From NCBI GenBank assembly GCA_963845065.1, contig CAWJQQ010000008.1, positions 128,001 through 192,000 of the forward strand: 64,000 nucleotides of DNA, written 5' to 3'. The stretch's first letter is position 1, and each line of letters begins with the position of its first letter. The DNA is from Nitrospirota bacterium (lineage in GTDB: Bacteria > Nitrospirota > UBA9217). The position numbers and the translations under genes were made by a program. Shown here piece after piece: positions 61,989 to 64,000 of the stretch. The notes under the pieces were generated by a model. That model was not told the origin of the DNA. It searched no databases and was given only the letters and a program-made list of their open reading frames with translations.

Positions 61989-62131
61989 CCCTGAACTGAA
62001 ATCCTAAAAAACATTCCTTCTCAGTAGTTCATGGGGTTATTACATTGTTCCTTTGCTTGCAGTTAATATTAAATTGACATTTGTGGGAGGCTATGATAGA
62101 TACAGCACCGGTAGATGTATACGGAGCTTCT

Positions 62132-62497
62132 GTGAAGACGGCGGTCATCATTTTATTTCACGGAAGCAGGGCCGAGGGTTCTGACGCAACCGCCCATCGA
62201 ATCATAGCCGAGGTTCGTCGACGCGGACATTTCGGTATCGTTCAGGAAGCTTTCCTGCAAAACGCGACACCGGGCCTTAGGGAATCCATCGCATCCTGCA
62301 TCCAGCAACGTGCAGAAAAGATCGTAGTTGTTCCTTTTTTCCTTCAGTTGGGAACGCACGTTACGGCTGATATTCCCCCGTTAGTTGATGAAATAAGACA
62401 TGGCCATCCCGAAATTGAGATAACGCTGACTGAACCTGTTGGCTCTCATCCGCTTTTAGTAGACGTCATACTTGACTTGGCAGCAATAGTGAAATAG
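62132..62497 (+). CDS. CbiX/SirB-type sirohydrochlorin chelatase (small form)
   Basis: HGSR, AFLQ...P, VVPFFL..GTH...DIP, PVGSHP; GTG start inferred. Confidence 0.85.
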   Translation: MKTAVIILFHGSRAEGSDATAHRIIAEVRRRGHFGIVQEAFLQNATPGLRESIASCIQQRAEKIVVVPFFLQLGTHVTADIPPLVDEIRHGHPEIEITLTEPVGSHPLLVDVILDLAAIVK

Positions 62498-62620
62498 CTC
62501 TATCATGCATGGTGGCGGGTGCTGAAGTGAGGGAGCAGATAGGTCGTCTGCTGCCTGTAAAAAAACCTTAGCGGGCTACTGCCGCGTTGTTCGAAGTGCG
62601 GGACTCGAAGGACTTGATAA

Positions 62621-63835
62621 ATGCTCTCAGCAAAGGCACAACTTGACATCATTAAACGCGGTGCTGTGGAAATCATCGTTGAGGACGACCTCCTTAAGAA
62701 ACTAGAGAAGTCCATTGCAAAAGAACAACCGCTCCGCGTGAAAGCCGGTTTCGATCCCACCGCACCGGACATCCATCTGGGCCACACCGTGCTCCTGAAC
62801 AAGATGCGCCAGTTCCAGGAACTGGGGCATGAGGTTATTTTCTTGATAGGCGATTTCACAGGTATGATCGGGGATCCCACGGGGAAGTCAGAAACGCGTA
62901 AACACTTGACGCGAGACGAAGTATTACAGAATGCTACCACGTATCAGCAACAGATTTACAAGATCCTCAGTCCCGGCAAAACGCTGATCGTATTTAACAG
63001 CGAGTGGATGATAAAGATGTCGTCCACGGATATGATCCAACTTGCTGCAAAGCATACGGTAGCCAGGATGCTGGAGCGCGAGGACTTCAAAAAACGCTAT
63101 GAATCCAGGCTTCCGATAAGCATCCACGAATTTCTTTATCCCCTTATTCAGGGATACGACTCTGTGGCGTTGAGGGCAGACGTGGAACTTGGCGGGACGG
63201 ACCAGAAATTCAATCTCCTTGTCGGTCGGGAGTTGCAGAAGGAATATGGCCAGGAGCCACAATCAATTGTTATGATGCCGCTCCTCGAGGGTCTCGACGG
63301 CGTGAACAAGATGAGCAAGAGTCTCGGAAACTATATCGGCATCAACGAGCCTGCAAAGGAGATATTCGGAAAGGTGATGTCGATTAGTGACGACCTAATG
63401 TATCGTTATTATGAGCTTGTAAGTTCTGTGTCTCTGGATGATTTGGCAAAGACCAAGTCTGAAATCAAATCCGGAATGCTGCACCCCATGGAAGCAAAAA
63501 AAAGGCTTGCCACGGAGCTTGTAGACCGGTTTTATGGGACTGGTGAAGGAAAAAAGTCGCGTGAAGAGTTTGAAAAAGTGTTCAGTGGCCACCGGCTTCC
63601 CGACGACATCCCTCTCGTCGAGATTACTTGGGAAGGCAAAAAAATGAAGCTTGTGAAAATCATGGCTATGTCGGGCGTGGCTAAGAGCAACTCTGAGGCG
63701 CGCAGGCTAATCCAGCAAGGTGCTGTTGAGGTTGACCAACAACCGGAGAAGGATGTAGAGAAGGAATTATTTCTGAATGATTATGTAATAAAGGTCGGAA
63801 AGAAGCGGTTTGTGCGGGTTTCCGCTAAAAAGTAA
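62621..63835 (+). CDS. tyrS: Tyrosyl-tRNA synthetase
   Basis: [27 protein letters not shown]4-like C-terminus. Confidence 0.98.
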   Translation: MLSAKAQLDIIKRGAVEIIVEDDLLKKLEKSIAKEQPLRVKAGFDPTAPDIHLGHTVLLNKMRQFQELGHEVIFLIGDFTGMIGDPTGKSETRKHLTRDEVLQNATTYQQQIYKILSPGKTLIVFNSEWMIKMSSTDMIQLAAKHTVARMLEREDFKKRYESRLPISIHEFLYPLIQGYDSVALRADVELGGTDQKFNLLVGRELQKEYGQEPQSIVMMPLLEGLDGVNKMSKSLGNYIGINEPAKEIFGKVMSISDDLMYRYYELVSSVSLDDLAKTKSEIKSGMLHPMEAKKRLATELVDRFYGTGEGKKSREEFEKVFSGHRLPDDIPLVEITWEGKKMKLVKIMAMSGVAKSNSEARRLIQQGAVEVDQQPEKDVEKELFLNDYVIKVGKKRFVRVSAKK

Positions 63836-63863
63836 AAAAAAAACATTGACCGCGAAAAAAGTC

Positions 63864-63900
63864 TTGACATAAGAAGTATATTCTGATAAATTGCGCCCTC
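63864..63900 (+). promoter_or_regulatory. Sigma70 promoter with GC-rich discriminator; probably drives an rRNA/stable-RNA operon beyond the window
   Basis: TTGACA-N17-TAAATT-GCGCCCTC with A-rich upstream sequence; window ends in AGTTCTT, a possible start of boxA. Confidence 0.7.
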
Positions 63901-64000
63901 GTTCGTCGGTAAACCTCGGGCAAAACCTCGAAGTTCTGTTAGACTACCTAACGAGCATTCTGTACAAAATAATTTTTTGAAAACGTTTGATAAAGTTCTT

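Noticed and set aside
1..64000. CRISPR array or cas12 assignment for the RuvC protein
   Set aside because: No repeat-spacer array seen; the protein is flanked by IS200/IS605 end hairpins, so it is TnpB.

Overview
Bacterial chromosomal window, mostly housekeeping: cspA, secA, rlmD, glgA/galT, a pterin operon, tmk-holB-ricT-metG-tatD, ispE-spoVG-tRNA-Gln-prs-rplY-pth-ychF, ribF, tyrS, then a stable-RNA-type promoter at the edge. Gene content suggests a Nitrospirota/deltaproteobacterial-type diderm (inference). Three regions stand out. (1) 55.4-59.1 kb is a three-layer nest: a decayed pilT fragment is split by a tnpB-only IS200/IS605 element, whose tnpB is itself split by an IS110/IS1111 element. 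The IS110 downstream non-coding region folds into a bridge/seek-type RNA whose four guide segments match both the reconstructed insertion site and the element's own circle junction. (2) 9.2-20.7 kb is a self-contained Ser/Thr phospho-signalling locus: two kinases, two PP2C phosphatases, vWA and FHA proteins, an FHA-sigma54 activator, and a sigma54 promoter with paired upstream palindromes. It also holds a chimeric mini-gene made by tandem duplication. (3) 34.36-34.68 kb is a ~320-nt, end-paired, highly structured candidate ncRNA with its own promoter and a boxA-like leader; it matches no RNA class I recognise. All calls were made by eye from motifs; no searches were run.
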